DNA of 62,200 nt, counting the filler, from Piptocephalis cylindrospora (Eukaryota), in assembly GCA_003614145.1 (NCBI GenBank). It is 15 parts of 15 records of this genome, joined end to end, with 100 filler letters (N's around TTAATTAATTAA, not from the genome) between each part and the next. Parts side by side here need not be neighbours in the genome. Positions count along the whole stretch, not along the records: positions 49,996 to 54,006 come from KZ988580.1; positions 54,107 to 58,103 come from KZ988581.1; positions 58,204 to 62,200 come from KZ988582.1; 12 more parts are not named here. The stretch is one strand, 5' to 3'. The translations under genes and the position numbers were made by a program. Positions 49,996 through 62,200 of the stretch are shown here, piece by piece (position 1 is the first letter of the stretch; each line of letters starts with the position of its first letter). The notes below the pieces were generated by a model. It saw only the letters and a program-made list of their open reading frames with translations, was not told where the DNA came from and searched no databases.

Positions 49996-52054
49996 TCGAG
50001 GATGGTAAAGTAGGATCACGTCGATAGACCTCTGCATCCAAAGGTCCCCTTCCGCTCGCAGAAACAGAAGCAGCCCCCTTGGAGGGATCCCTGCCACCAC
50101 TACCGCCACTAAGACCCAATCCCTCCCCAAAGACAGAAAAGGGCTTACCAGTCTGACCCTCCCCGCTTGGACCAGGAGTCACGAGGCCTGGGAGGATAGG
50201 ATGATTCCCGCCATTACTATTTGCAGATCCATTCATGCCTTGAGATGGATCATTAGACCCAGAGGAGTTCCATTTCTTGCCCAAGGCCTCCATACCAGTG
50301 TTCATACTAGACCCTGATGCGTCAAAGGAAGAGACGGGGGAATGAAGACGGGGATTGGAGGGATCGGCCGTTGAGGGGCCCGAGGAACCAGGGAGGTAGA
50401 GTGACGGACTAGAATGGGACAGGGAATGACCTGCATGAATAGGATGAAGGTAGGGATGGGAGGCCTGAGGACCCAGGGCAAAGTGGTTGGAGTGAGGATG
50501 GGAGGAGAAGGAGGAGGCAGATGTGGAAGTGGAGGAGGAGGAGGAGGAGGAGGAGGGAGTGATGAAGGGCTGAGCAGCGGCTATCCCACCTCCACTAGAC
50601 CCTCCGGTAGCGCTAGAACCATTGAGGGCCGAGGAAGAGGAGGAAAAAGTGGGGTCGAGGACCATGAGCTTCCCCTCGTCCATCTCGGCGGCCTCGGTGG
50701 CACCATGCGGGAGCCTCTCGTAGTGATCTGCATAATGACCAGGGCTCCGACCCCTGACGACAAGGGGAGCCGAGTGGCATGTGGCGACCTGGTAAGCCTG
50801 ACCATTTTGGCATTCAGCGTACACGTCGACGACGAGAATGTAGTACTGCTGAGCCGCACGGCGCTTCCCATTGTTGGCGGTAGCGACCTTGAACTGGACG
50901 CGTTCAAAGGAAACGATGGAATGGTTGGTGCCGACGGTGCAGAGAGACACGTTACCGCCGGGCCGGATGGGCTTGGGCATGGGGATAGTCTGAGGACCTT
51001 TATCGCGCTTTGGAGTGTGCTGAACGAGGTCGACGGCTTTTTCGCCCGTGGAGACCCGAGCGGTGATACCTAGGGTGAATTGGGTGACGGGGAGCCAGAC
51101 ACCATCGATATCGACGAGGTAGGAGGCATCGGGTTCAGGGGCAGGGACCAGGGTGTGGATGGGGGTCATGCCAAAGGCAGCGGAGAGTTGAAAGTAATTA
51201 CGGCGATAGCAGGTCCATTCACCATCGGCGATGAAGAAGCCACGGTCGACTTTGACATGGACCCGAAGGGCCAAGTTGACCGAGTGATCGGCCGTGGTGA
51301 TGGTGTGAAGCTGCTTGGTGGCGGTGAAGAAGGGGCCCATTTCATTGGAGCCAAAGCCAAAGCTATCAGACCTTCTTCGCCGAAGGAAACCATTTGAGCT
51401 GCCGGCGCCGCCACCACCTCCAACCCCAAGGGAACCATGGGTTCCGGAGGGAAGAAGGCCCAGTTGGTGACGACCAAGCACATTGGTATCAAGGGACATG
51501 CGACGTTCCATGTGGGAGGGTCTCATGGGCCCGCCTCCACCCATGCGGGAGACATCCTCGGAGGAGAGGTGATGGGTGAAGGGATAAGGATGGGTGGGGA
51601 CCCCTAGGTTGGAGGAGGATGGGGGGGACATGGACATGGAGGAGGTAGTGGAGGGAATGGAGGTGGTGGAAGAGGAGGGAGTGGAGGGAGAAGCGCCGCT
51701 GGAAGTGGTCAAGGAAGTGGAGGAGGAGGAGGGGGAGGCAAGGGAGGCCATGGCCATGGCCGCAGCCGCAGCCGCATCCGTATCGGACATGCCGTTCATG
51801 GAGGCAGAGGAGGAGGAGGAGGAGGCGGTGGTGGAGGTGGTGGTAGGGGATGAGCCATTTGATGCAGCCTTTCCCTGATTGATGGAGGAGGAGGAGGAGG
51901 GGGAGGCAGAGGAGGAGGAAGAGGCGGAAGTGGAGGTGACATGGGAGGGATGGGCGTCCAGAAGGAATTGTTGTCCAAACGGATCAGTATGCGTAGGGGC
52001 CACGGGAGGAAGGTGGTTATGGGTACGGGAGGCCGTGGTAGGACATGGACACAC
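49996..52054 (-). CDS. NDT80/PhoG-family transcription factor; start uncertain, 3' end truncated
   Basis: KVDRGFFIADGEWTCYRRNYFQ, LVQHTPKRDKGPQ, FERVQFKVATANNGKRRAAQQYY, SAPLVVRGRSPGHY. Confidence 0.93.
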
Positions 52055-52504
52055 CGGTCATCACCTATGACAGGACCAGGAGAGGTGACGAGGAGGGAAG
52101 GTTACGCCGACAAGAGGGGGCGGGGCGGGGCGGAGCGAGGCGAGGCAGGACAAGGACGGGACAGGACAGGATGAGACGAGGAGGGAGAGTGCGCGCGCGC
52201 ATTGAGGGAGTGCATAGCAGATCAGTTGGGGGAGTGAGGAGGGGGAGGTCAAGGTAAGGTTGGTGGGGATTGGTCGGACGGTCGGGGGAAGAGCCAGGAG
52301 CGTGTCTACTCCGACGATCCTCCTCTTTAGGCTCCGCCCCATCCATACCTAGATAGACACGCACAGATGGCGAATGAGGGTCATTTTTGAAGATGAATGG
52401 GCTGTTTTTAGATGAGAATTTTATCGGACTGGATGATTTTTGATTGAAGAGATGAGTCTAGTGAGGAACCTCATGCACGTATGAGAGGAGGGGGAGGGAA
52501 GGAC

Positions 52505-52537
<33 letters not shown>

Positions 52538-52608
52538 TATGTGTGTGTGTGTGTGTGTGTGTATGTGTGTGTGTGTGTGTGTGTGTATGTGTGTATGTAT
52601 GTGTGTGT
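52505..52608. repeat. Interrupted (GT)n microsatellite
   Basis: About 100 bp of GT with occasional AT units. Confidence 0.95.
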
Positions 52609-53829
52609 ACAGTGTAGCCATACACAATTCCATAGAGTGAGGGGAGGGAGGGAGGGAGAAGGGAGGTAGTGTTGCACTCACACACAGCAGACGTGTGAGA
52701 CATGTCTGTGCGGGGCGGGGGAAAGGAGATGAGGGCGCGAAGAGAATGATGAGGGGGCAGTTCATCCTGACCTTAACAACCCTAATGGCTGGCAAATCAC
52801 TCTCGCTCCCCTTACCGTATTGATCTAGGGTGTGTCTACAGGTAATTTAGCCAGGCCCCGGCCGCCCCCCCTCCCACATACACTGGATATACACTCGTCT
52901 CGTTTCATTGTATGGGCCAGCAAGGATGGGAAAGCTGACTATGACTGGTCAAGGCACCCACCTCCTCCCTCTTGCCATCCACATGGCAGGTCGAGAATGG
53001 ATTGGAATCGGTGGTGCGGTGGGTTGAAAGGGTCAAGGTAGATGAAAAAGGTGGGATGGGGTGCAAAGGCCAAGAAAAGACATGCCCCAAGCTGAATAGG
53101 AGAGGGATGAGAATATGGACCAGTAGGAGGATCTTGACGATCATCAGTGGGAAAGGGTGCTGCACGCAGAGAAGACAAAGGGCAGAGGAAATGGAGGGTC
53201 AAGTGACTTTTGGGAGTAAGAATGAAAGGGACGGGGGAGGGGGAAGGGAGGGCGAGGCATGGGGGCATGAAAAGGATCTAGGGGAAACATGTCCCATTGA
53301 CGACAACGGCAAGGCACCAAGTATGACGATGGGGGAGATGGGTCACCTGGAGCAAGAATGACCCGAGGGCAGGCCATGCCCATGGAAGAATGCGACGACG
53401 ACGGCGATGATAACGACAACGGCAGCCAGGAGATGGTCGTGGGAGTGATGGGAGTACATGAGAGCATTGAATGAGAACATCTGGACCATAGAGACATCAT
53501 TTCCCTCCCGCTGGACCAGTCAAGGCTTGAGAGATCTAGGATTCTATGCCTGCCATCGAGAGATGAGACCGATGGGGCGACAAGCTGATCCATATCATGA
53601 TGAGATGGACGGGATAAACCAAGGGGCGTGTTCGCCTCGAATTGAATTGATTTGAATTGAATGAGCCCCCCCTGCGGAAGGGAAAGGGGACATGGGTGGG
53701 TCTCATCCCAAAAAGAACCTTTATCCCGGATACAGAACCATCTGCACTAGGCCAGCATTGACCGGTATACCCCTTCCCCCTTGAATGCACGAGTGAGCCC
53801 TAGCTGCCCAAGGCCGCTAGCCCGTACAG

Positions 53830-53871
<42 letters not shown>

Positions 53872-53872
53872 A

Positions 53873-53906
<34 letters not shown>

Positions 53907-53937
53907 ACCCTTTAACCCCCCCTCGGTGCCCCCCCCC
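53830..53937. repeat. Poly-C tract
   Basis: Directly visible. Confidence 0.9.
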
Positions 53938-54106
53938 TGGGATCTCCCAGTATCCCGGATGGAATCAGTCATCCCCCGCTAAGGTTCGTACCGTCGGATC
54001 CAGTCANNNNNNNNNNNNNNNNNNNNNNNNNNNNNNNNNNNNNNNNNNNNTTAATTAATTAANNNNNNNNNNNNNNNNNNNNNNNNNNNNNNNNNNNNNN
54101 NNNNNN

Positions 54107-54897
54107 CCAAGGGGATCCTAACGGGCTGAGTGCTGCTGTACTGCATCAGAGCATCTCTAGTAAGTCGCTGAATATCCTCCCTGTCACCACCTTGGCTAAT
54201 CGTATTTCATCTCTTTTCTCCCGTAGCCATCTTACGCACTGCAGACCTGGGATCCATTTCGGCAAAAAAGGTACGACAGCAACTCGAGACCCAGTTTAAC
54301 ACAAGTCTTAAAGACCGCAGAACCGAAATTGACGGGATTATCATGAGGTGCCTCGACGCCCAGGCGGTTCCCGCGAGTGCTCCAAGAACCGTTGTGGGCG
54401 GGGATGCCTTGGCCCTTCCTCAGAATCCAACGGCGACCAGGACCACCCTTCCCTCTTCGGCCCCGGAGCCCAAGGCCCGTGGTAAAGCGCCGCCCAAGAA
54501 GCCCTCAAAGAAGAAGGAGCTGGACCCCAATAGACCCAAGAGGTCCACCGGCCTCACTGTCCCTATGCTCTTGTCGGATCAATTGGGCGCTGTCCTAGGA
54601 GTGGAAAAGATGTCGAGGTGTGATGTAGTCCGGGGTCTATGGAATTACATCAAATCCAATGATCTTCAGGATTCGACAGATCGACGGGTAAGACTTGGAT
54701 ATATATATCTATATATATGTATGTATGTATGTGTGTACACCTCCCAACTCACCCTACTTTCCCTTCTGGACCTCTCATAGTACTTTATCTGTGATGATAA
54801 ACTCAAGGCCGTGTTTGGAAAGACTCGCCTTTCGGGCTTTGAGATGAACAAGTACCTATCAGGTCATATGCAAAAGATTATCCCCGAGAATCAATAA
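54107..54897 (+). CDS. DEK-C + SWIB/MDM2 domain protein (Uaf30/Tri1/Spp27-like); 5'-truncated; introns 54160-54226 and 54688-54780
   Basis: ILRTADLGSISAKKVRQQLE...IDGIIM (DEK-C); LSDQLGAVLG...SRCDVVRGLWNYIKSNDLQD..DRR-YFICDDKLKAVFG....GFEMNKYLSGH (SWIB). Confidence 0.9.
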
Positions 54898-55249
54898 AGG
54901 GAGACACATGAGGAAAGCTGGTCGTGCTCCCCTCCTCCAGGCCTGGGGGATGGCACATTGTCAGGGCGGTTGCTGGGGAGAAAGGCGTTGTTAGAGATCC
55001 CATTGGCTAGGCTGGGTACACGTACACGCACGCACATGCACGTCAATAAAATCTCGGATTTGTACTTAGGGATGATGGCTTATGTTGTGTTGTTAGTATA
55101 CTTTTGTGAAGAAGAGGGAGGGGATGAAGTGTGAAACAGAGGAAGATGTATTTTAGGAGGGAAGGCAAAATCGGCAAGGTCAATGATACAGCACCATTGG
55201 GTACATGAGGGAAGGAAAGCATAGTGGGATGGGGTTCAAACATCACATC

Positions 55250-56050
55250 TTATTCCTTGTGCTCTCGAGGAACATCCTCGGCCTTCAGAGTCACCTGCCT
55301 TGACTTGGGCTCTTCACGGGGAGTGGCGTCCTTTCCACGGGCATTCTCCAAGGGGGAGTTGGAGGACGGCTTTTGAGAGTCTTCGGGGAAGGATTCGAGG
55401 GATTCATCATCAGAGGATGGAATGACCACACGGAAAGGCTTAGCTCCCTTGAGAGAACCGGGAGGCTCGGAACCCTTGCCATGGGATGGGAATGCATCAT
55501 CATCGGGAAGCTCAGTAGTCACATCAGATAGTTCCCCGGAGGAAGAATCTCCACTATCACTGAAAAAGGCAGGATGCGTGGAGTTGCCTCCGGAGACATC
55601 ATTGTCCGAGAACAGGGACTCAACATCCTCATCCGGTCCTGAATCATCCAGGCTCATGAGGAGTTCACCTTCCCTTACATCCCCAGGGAGGATATCGGAG
55701 CTGTCCAAGGGTGCATTCTCTCCTTCTTCAGGGGTTTTGATAGAAGTGCCGAGGGGGGCATTTTCTCCCTTTCTGCGAGAGTCAGCATCACTCTTGAAGC
55801 TGATGGTGGGCTTGGGCAGAGAGGACAAGGACTCGCGGGCATCGGAAGCGGCATCCTTTAGGGTGGCGCGGGTCTGACCTAAGGCAGATGCCGTCTTGTC
55901 CAGGAGAGAAGGATCTTGGTCTTCACTGGGGCGACTGTGATCGGTTGGGGTATCTCCGGCCGGGGTAAAAACCGGGAGGGACATGGCCTGGGAGGTCATG
56001 AAGACAAGGACGACAAGCATGCTCGTGGTACGTAGGGTAGGGAGGTGCAT
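55250..56050 (-). CDS. Secreted acidic Ser/Asp-rich protein of unknown function
   Basis: 266 aa, intronless, signal peptide ...MLVVLVFMTSQAMS-LP; TATAAAAA on the minus strand at 56301-56308. Confidence 0.75.
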   Translation of the reverse strand: MHLPTLRTTSMLVVLVFMTSQAMSLPVFTPAGDTPTDHSRPSEDQDPSLLDKTASALGQTRATLKDAASDARESLSSLPKPTISFKSDADSRRKGENAPLGTSIKTPEEGENAPLDSSDILPGDVREGELLMSLDDSGPDEDVESLFSDNDVSGGNSTHPAFFSDSGDSSSGELSDVTTELPDDDAFPSHGKGSEPPGSLKGAKPFRVVIPSSDDESLESFPEDSQKPSSNSPLENARGKDATPREEPKSRQVTLKAEDVPREHKE

Positions 56051-58449
56051 GGTGTTGTTAAAGTGAAATGGGGGAGGGGGGGAGGAAGAGTTGGAGGAGT
56101 GATGGAAGGGGGGATGAGTTGAACGTGCGTTAGAAGATAGGAGCGGTGAATCAGAGTGAGGTGGTGAGGCAGATAGCGGGAGTGTGAAGTCGTTTCGTGA
56201 ATGGGAGATAGGCGACGGGCGGTGGGGATAGAAGGGTGAGGAATTGATGTGTGATGGAGAGGGAAGAGGAGAGGAAGGTAAAGCAGGCCAGCTTTCATCC
56301 TTTTTATACTTGCATACAGCATTGAGGGGGGAGGAGGGACAGTATATAAAGCAAGTGCCAAGTTATGGTCGGAGTCGGAGATGGCTCTAGTCAGGATAGG
56401 GCGGCCTTTCAAAACCAAACCATTATTTCAAAGTCCGCGATGGAGTTGAGGAGCTCCCACAGCATGAGCCGCAGTACCACGAATCGTCTTGTAACGTGTT
56501 GTCGGACTATGAAAGCGGAGTTCTCCTGTTTTAATGGCACCTTCCCTTTCCCTCTACACAAGATGATGGATTGGGTGGAGATTGAAGGGTGGAAGTAGGG
56601 GAGTGATTTTTCCCCGAGGATGGAAGGAGATGAAGACGGGAGGGGCACTTCTCCCTGGAATTCCTTATCGATGGGGCACATATATTTGGATGGGGTTTAT
56701 TCCGAACCAAGGTCATTGTGTGACTATATTTAGGAAGAATTCCCCCTCTTAGGTTTATCCATTTACCCACCCGACCCCATCCGCTTATCCCTTAAGCACC
56801 ATCATCATCCGTGCATAAAGATATACAATTGGGGGAGAATGAGAGTACTACTCAAGCTTGGTTTATCATCGACGGTGACGAACCCAGGGACGGGCCGGAC
56901 CACTCAGACATGCCGACGGAAAGTGGGAAGATCCCTCCCTTTTCCACCCTCTGTTGCACCTCACTCCCGCTACTCCATGACCTTTGTGCCACCCGCCCAC
57001 CTACTGTTTCTCCCCGAGCCGACCTGCCCACAATGCCAGAGCGGATGCTGGGACAAGTGTCTGGTATGAGCAGTCAAAGTCCGACCACCCACGCACAACC
57101 GGATTTTACGATCGGGCCTTTTAGCCCCAAAACATAGGCAATTACTCCTTTTCACACTTTGTGTCCCTCTTCATGGCAATCAGTAACCATCACTCATCAC
57201 ACGCATCCGCCACCCTCGCTACCCCAGTATCACCACATACACACACATATACACTATGCGGCCCTCGGCCTGTGCATCCCTTGACCCCCCAGCGTGTCAA
57301 CTCCGATGACTTGCTCCCGAAGTGCATTGGACGAGGAAGGTCCGAAAGGGAAGGGACAGGATCGCTGCTGACCTCACCGTCCCCCATCCACTCCCGCGTT
57401 GCCCTCCGCATCCTCCTCCTCCCCTGTAAGTCCCATAAAGAATGGGGTAAGCCAATGAAGATGGATGACGCCTGACCCCTCTGCTCACTCTCCAAGCGGC
57501 CATGTCGATAGCCTTTCTCTTTCCCCTGCCCATACTTGTTTCCACCCATTATCCTGCGCAACACTCCTTTCTGGCTCGTGCTCCATGGACCGTGCTTAGT
57601 CAAGAAGACAATGAGGGTAGCACCAGGCATGGATGAGGGCATGGGGCTTAAATTCGCTAGCTTCCTCTTTCCCCCTATAACGGGCCCCGTCTCTCCCATA
57701 TGCCCCATTTGGCCTAGCCAGAGTACTAGTCGGACGGGTGGCACAGAGATGAATTGTCCCCTCCATCCTGAGATGACTAAAAAGGAATTGAGTACGTCGA
57801 CATGAACTAAAGTCTATCCGGGAGGGCTGATGGGAGCAGGTCGATCCATCTCCTATCCTTTGGCCCATCATATTGTACTTGGGCTGCTACGCGAGCACTC
57901 TAGTCCATGGTCGTCCCCTTTTTTTTCCTGGCTGATCCCTAGATCTTCTCTCCTCGCTCTCCCCTTTACGCCTTATCCACATGGGAATGACCATAGGATG
58001 GAGATGTGGGAGAGATCCCCGTCCAGGAGAAGGGATCCTGTCCATATGGACGGTCTGGACATTTGCTTACCCTGGTTGGGCATAAGTGATGATGGCGACA
58101 ACGNNNNNNNNNNNNNNNNNNNNNNNNNNNNNNNNNNNNNNNNNNNNTTAATTAATTAANNNNNNNNNNNNNNNNNNNNNNNNNNNNNNNNNNNNNNNNN
58201 NNNAATCTAAAGTGGAAGATCATTGACAAGTGAATAGGAGATATGGTGTTGGGCCGATGGATGGGAAAGAGAAGCCTATCTCTTTTTTACTGATATTTAT
58301 GGGCTTTTTATACTAGGATTTTAAATGAATGCTTTCGTGTAGGGAAAAATGGGGCATGTATATGTGTTAGATGACCATAGCAATGAAGAATTAGGATTAA
58401 TCGAAAAAAAATCGTATTGGAAGAACATGATTACAAAACAATCCATCTC

Positions 58450-59580
58450 CTAATGGTGATTGTGCTTAAACTTGTTCTTCACTCCTCCCATCACCTTTCC
58501 AGCCAGCATACCCACCGCCACACCAGCTGCAGCCCCAGCTAGACCAGTCATGGCCCCTCCTCCCCCCAGTATCCCACCTCCTGGCTTTTGAGTCGTTGGC
58601 AGGGCATTCGGGTTGGGAGCGGGGGAAGATTGGTAGCCTTGTCCCTGGCCTTGTCCTTGCCCAGGGTATCCTCCTTGCTGCTGCCCAGGGTATCCTCCTT
58701 GCTGCTGTCCAGGATAACCTCCTTGCTGTTGACCTTGATATCCTCCTTGCTGTTGACCATGGTAGCCTCCCTGTTGCTGCCCAGGATAACCTCCCTGTTG
58801 TTGGCCTTGATAACCTCCTTGTTGCTGACCAGGATAGCTAGCAGGAGGAGTATGAGGAGCGCTATAATTACTAGAAACCGGTGGAGAGATTCCCTGAGGA
58901 GGAGAAACAGCACCGGCAAAGGGGGCAGCATGAGCAGAGGATATGGGAGTTTTAGTGGACTCATTGAACTCAGAAGGATAGTAGGATCCCTGTTGACCTG
59001 GAGCTAAACCAGGAGTAGGGATGGGTGGGTAGGGAGCCGAGGATGGATTAGGAGTAGATGGGTAGGGAGCCGAGGATGGAGTAGGAGTAGACGGGTAGGG
59101 TGCAGAGGATGGAGCGGGCATGGAGTTGGACGACCCACTGGTTCCAGGGTAAGCGGATGGGGCATACCCATCAGCGGATGGCATGGGCATGGAGGCAGAA
59201 GTATGGCTTGGCCCTGGGGGATAAAGGGTGCCCGCCATTTTTTCCTGAGGATAGCCACCATTCCCCTCGGTAGGATAAGGAGGAGGGGGTTGAGGGTTGT
59301 GCTGCTGTTGGTCATCCGAGGCAGAGGGATTGGATGACGGGACATCCCATTGAGTATGGCCCGTGGAAGTGTCTATTCCGGGAATTATAAGCGTGTAAGA
59401 GGAGTCGGTTATGCCCAAGGAATCACAAGGCGTAGATACTTACAGACATAAAAGGCGCGACCGCTCTGTGGATCTACCTGACTGATCCTGGATAAGAGGC
59501 ATATGATGAGTGGAGGTATTCGAGTGGGGAGGAAGATAAAGGGCTTACCATCCGGAGGGAAGAGGTGGAGTATAGGTCAT
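58450..59580 (-). CDS. Wwm1-like WW-domain protein with PGQQQGGY repeats (paralog A); exons 59580-59549, 59487-59444, 59372-58450
   Basis: Spliced: MTYTPPLPSGWISQVDPQSGRAFYVYTSTGHTQWDVP (WW domain), then 24-bp repeats and the glycine-zipper-like GLAGAAAGVAVGMLAG. Confidence 0.85.
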
Positions 59581-60123
59581 TTCGGATAATTGAAAGAGAG
59601 AGACGAGGAAAGAGTGAAAGAAAAGGAAAGGAAGGGGCGACTTGTGGATAATAGGGGACCGAGATGGGCCAATTGACCTGTTAATGACCCTTTATACTGG
59701 GCAGCTGAGTGGATGCATCTGTCTATTTTTATCTCAGCCGCCTGTGCCACTCCTACACGCACAGACAGGTTACATCAGTATCACTCTTTGTGAAGTAGGG
59801 TAGAGTAGATGATTTAGTGTGCCAAGCCCATAGATGAAGGCAGCTCACTTTCATCAGTATGGCCAGGGCAGGTAGCGGTCTAACGTAGGCTGGATGGCAA
59901 TTATCCAAATGTAGTGATCATCATCATCAGTGCAATCACATCCCTACAAAGATGCCTCCCAAAATACAGGCAGTGTAACGAATCCATGAAGCAACCTCAC
60001 TTCCGGTCAATGCAATAACTCTGAACTACCTAATCTAGAAAATTAGTCCGTACAACACCACGGATAGTAAACGCAGAGAAAGGATGCACATTCACCACGG
60101 TCAGCTCGATCACTCAGCTCTGA

Positions 60124-61534
60124 TCATTCATCATCACCATAGTCCTCATAGTCATCCCCACCGCCACAGTCATCCCCACCGCCACAGTCGTCCCCTCCAC
60201 CGTCATTCCCCCCATCAGCCCAGTAGTTGTTCTGGTCTGAATTGTCCTGCCACGATGGCCCATTATTATCATCCTGCCACGAGGGAACGTTGTTCTCTTC
60301 ATAGCTTTGCTCCGAGTTGTCCACATATGAGGAAGACCGATTATCCGTGGAGATGTTGTCCACATCCCCATTGTATACAGGCCCATCATTGTAGGTGATG
60401 TTATTGGTCTCGTACACTACAGTCTGATGGATGACAGGCTCGTCAACGGGTGTCGGGATGGAAGCAGGAGCTCCATAGTAGCTCTGAGAGTTATCTACCA
60501 TGGGGGGGGCAGCCGCAGGAGGGGCTGCGGCGTAAGCTGGAGCAGCAATAGTTTGTGTCTCCTTTTTCTTATCGTCATCATCACTGTCGTGAAGAGCATG
60601 GGAAATCAGGCCACCCATGGCTATACCCGCCACACCTCCCACCGCGGCTCCACCCAGGCCAGCAGCCATGGGCGATTTCATAAACCCGGCTTTCTTGGGA
60701 GGGGGGGCACCGCCCATCGACATTGGGGGTCCGCCGGGCCCAGGGGGTCCACCAGGCCCACCAGGAGGATAGGGATAGCCTCCTTGTTGAGGTCCAGGAG
60801 GTCCCTGGGGAGGGTAGCCATTCCTGTCCTGAGGGGGATATCCTCCCTGCTGATTGGGTCCTTGGGGAGGATATCCTCCCTGCTGGTTGGGTCCCTGAGG
60901 AGGATATCCTCCCTGCTGGTTGGGCCCCTGAGGAGGATATCCACCTTGCTGAGGAGGATATTGTCCACCTTGCTGAGGAGGATATTGTCCACCTTGCTGC
61001 TGGGGAGGGTACTGCCCGCCCTGTTGTTGGGGAGGATATTGTCCACCCTGTTGTTGGGGAGGATATTGTCCACCCTGTTGTTGGGGAGGATATTGTCCAC
61101 CCTGCTGCTGAGGAGGATACTGTCCATCCTGTTGCTGGGGAGGATATTGTCCACCCTGCTGCTGGGGAGGATATCCACCTTGTTGAGGAGGATATTGCCC
61201 GCCTTGCTGCTGGGGAGGATACTGTCCACCCTGCTGCTGGGGAGGGGCGTTACCAGAGTTGGGGGCCATGGGAGGGGCATCCCACTGAGTCTTTCCAGTT
61301 GGAGTGTCTAGCAAAGGGTAGGAGAGGGTCATGGTGAGGGGGGGAGAGGGCTCATCAAGGGAGCCATAGAACTTGAACTCACTTACAGACATAAAAATTC
61401 TTTTCAGAGGCTCCGTCCCATTGAGAAATCCTATAGTGGAGTGGGAGCATCGATGTAAGATGTAAGAATCCCTTCCGCAGGATAAATCTAGGTACAGAAA
61501 CTCACCAGCCTGGAGGAAGAGGTCCTTGAGTCAT
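60124..61534 (-). CDS. Wwm1-like WW-domain protein with PPQQQGGQY repeats and acidic tail (paralog B); exons 61534-61506, 61430-61387, 61307-60124
   Basis: Spliced: MTQGPLPPGWISQWDGASEKNFYVYTPTGKTQWDAP, then 27/30-bp repeats and AAGLGGAAVGGVAGIAMGGLISHAL followed by a D/N/G/Y-rich tail, as in yeast Wwm1. Confidence 0.85.
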
Positions 61535-61886
61535 GGTGAGGAGGAAGGTGGACGAGGTGGTAATGGCGGTGAACGACGGACTAACTCTCAGGATGGGGCA
61601 GGCTGACCGAGGAGAGGAAAGAGGGGAGAGAAATGGATCTGGGATAGATGGATGAGAAAGGGAGAGGTGTCTCGCGGCCTCTACTTATAAACTCCCTCTT
61701 GCAGCCTTCGCGCCGATTAACATGGGACCAGAGTCCATGGTGGTGGAGGTTCAAGTAAAGAGGCGCGAGATGGGCAACACATATTACCCGGTCCTATCCC
61801 ACCCATGCAGACAGTATTATTTAGGGTAGGGAGACACGCCATTCCCCAAATGGCACAAGAGGACAGGACAGTGACTATTGAGGAAG

Positions 61887-62200
61887 CTACTCTGCCCCAT
61901 GAGGATCAGCGTGAGCCCACGATAGGACTTGGGGTCCGCTATCGCACTGAACGGGGACCCGGAGTAAGTCTCCTCTTACCATAGGATGAGCGGAGGTGAG
62001 GAGGAGTAGGAGGCTCCGCTTCGCCAGGTGAAGAGTAGAGCTTGTTGCCTCAGGAGGGGCTGGCAAAAGATCAATCCGTTGTCTCGTTGTTTCTATCCCC
62101 GATTCAACCCCACCTTCCGCTTCAAGCGTTGTGTGCACGCCATCTAAGGGGAATGCACACCAATGCATCAGTGCCAACAAAGTACCACATGCACCCAGAA
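61887..62200 (-). CDS. Possible 3' end of a hypothetical protein entering from the window end
   Basis: Frame is open from the window end to TAG 61887; no motif recognised. Confidence 0.3.
   Translation of the reverse strand, partial: LGACGTLLALMHWCAFPLDGVHTTLEAEGGVESGIETTRQRIDLLPAPPEATSSTLHLAKRSLLLLLTSAHPMVRGDLLRVPVQCDSGPQVLSWAHADPHGAE

Noticed and set aside
54150..54159. Possible 10-nt micro-exon (CAG|AGCATCTCTA|GTAAGT) in the UAF30-like gene
   Set aside because: The upstream sequence is also open in frame to the contig start, so an ordinary longer exon explains it equally well.
60427..61337. Long plus-strand ORFs (294 and 204 aa) with LLGRILST / GEDIVHP repeats
   Set aside because: These are antisense shadows of the PPQQQGGQY repeat gene; the same applies to shadow ORFs over the bHLH, NDT80 and perilipin-like genes.

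Overview
This window is not one locus. It is 15 unrelated contigs of about 4 kb, sorted by decreasing length (4120 to 3997 bp) and joined by an artificial 100-bp linker (N44-TTAATTAATTAA-N44). The DNA is from a compact eukaryotic genome with short GT-AG introns and CT-rich leaders, most likely an early-diverging fungus. Zoopagomycota, e.g. a Piptocephalis-type amplified single-cell assembly, is my inference only. Recognisable genes: a head-to-head pair of MATH-BTB paralogs, an NDUFA4/B12D-like peptide, a CLC channel 3' end, a secreted ricin-B-like lectin, a Pex24p/dysferlin peroxin, a bHLH-ZIP factor, PER1, coronin, a perilipin-like 11-mer-repeat protein, a 7TM-RGS protein, prefoldin 3, GPD1, an FMP27/BLTP2-like 5' end, the gephyrin/Cnx1 G domain, ZNF277-like, BCL7-like, an NDT80-family factor, UAF30/Spp27-like, and two tandem Wwm1-like WW/PQGGY-repeat genes. 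The most notable observations are an obligatory 2-nt micro-exon in coronin, a MATH-BTB paralog missing from the ORF track, a 4-kb AT-rich ORF-free contig, a possibly GAP-dead 7TM-RGS, and a possible mitochondrial N-terminal extension of GPD1. Two junctions look like amplification chimeras. I found no convincing novel multi-gene system, and gene neighbourhoods across linkers carry no meaning.
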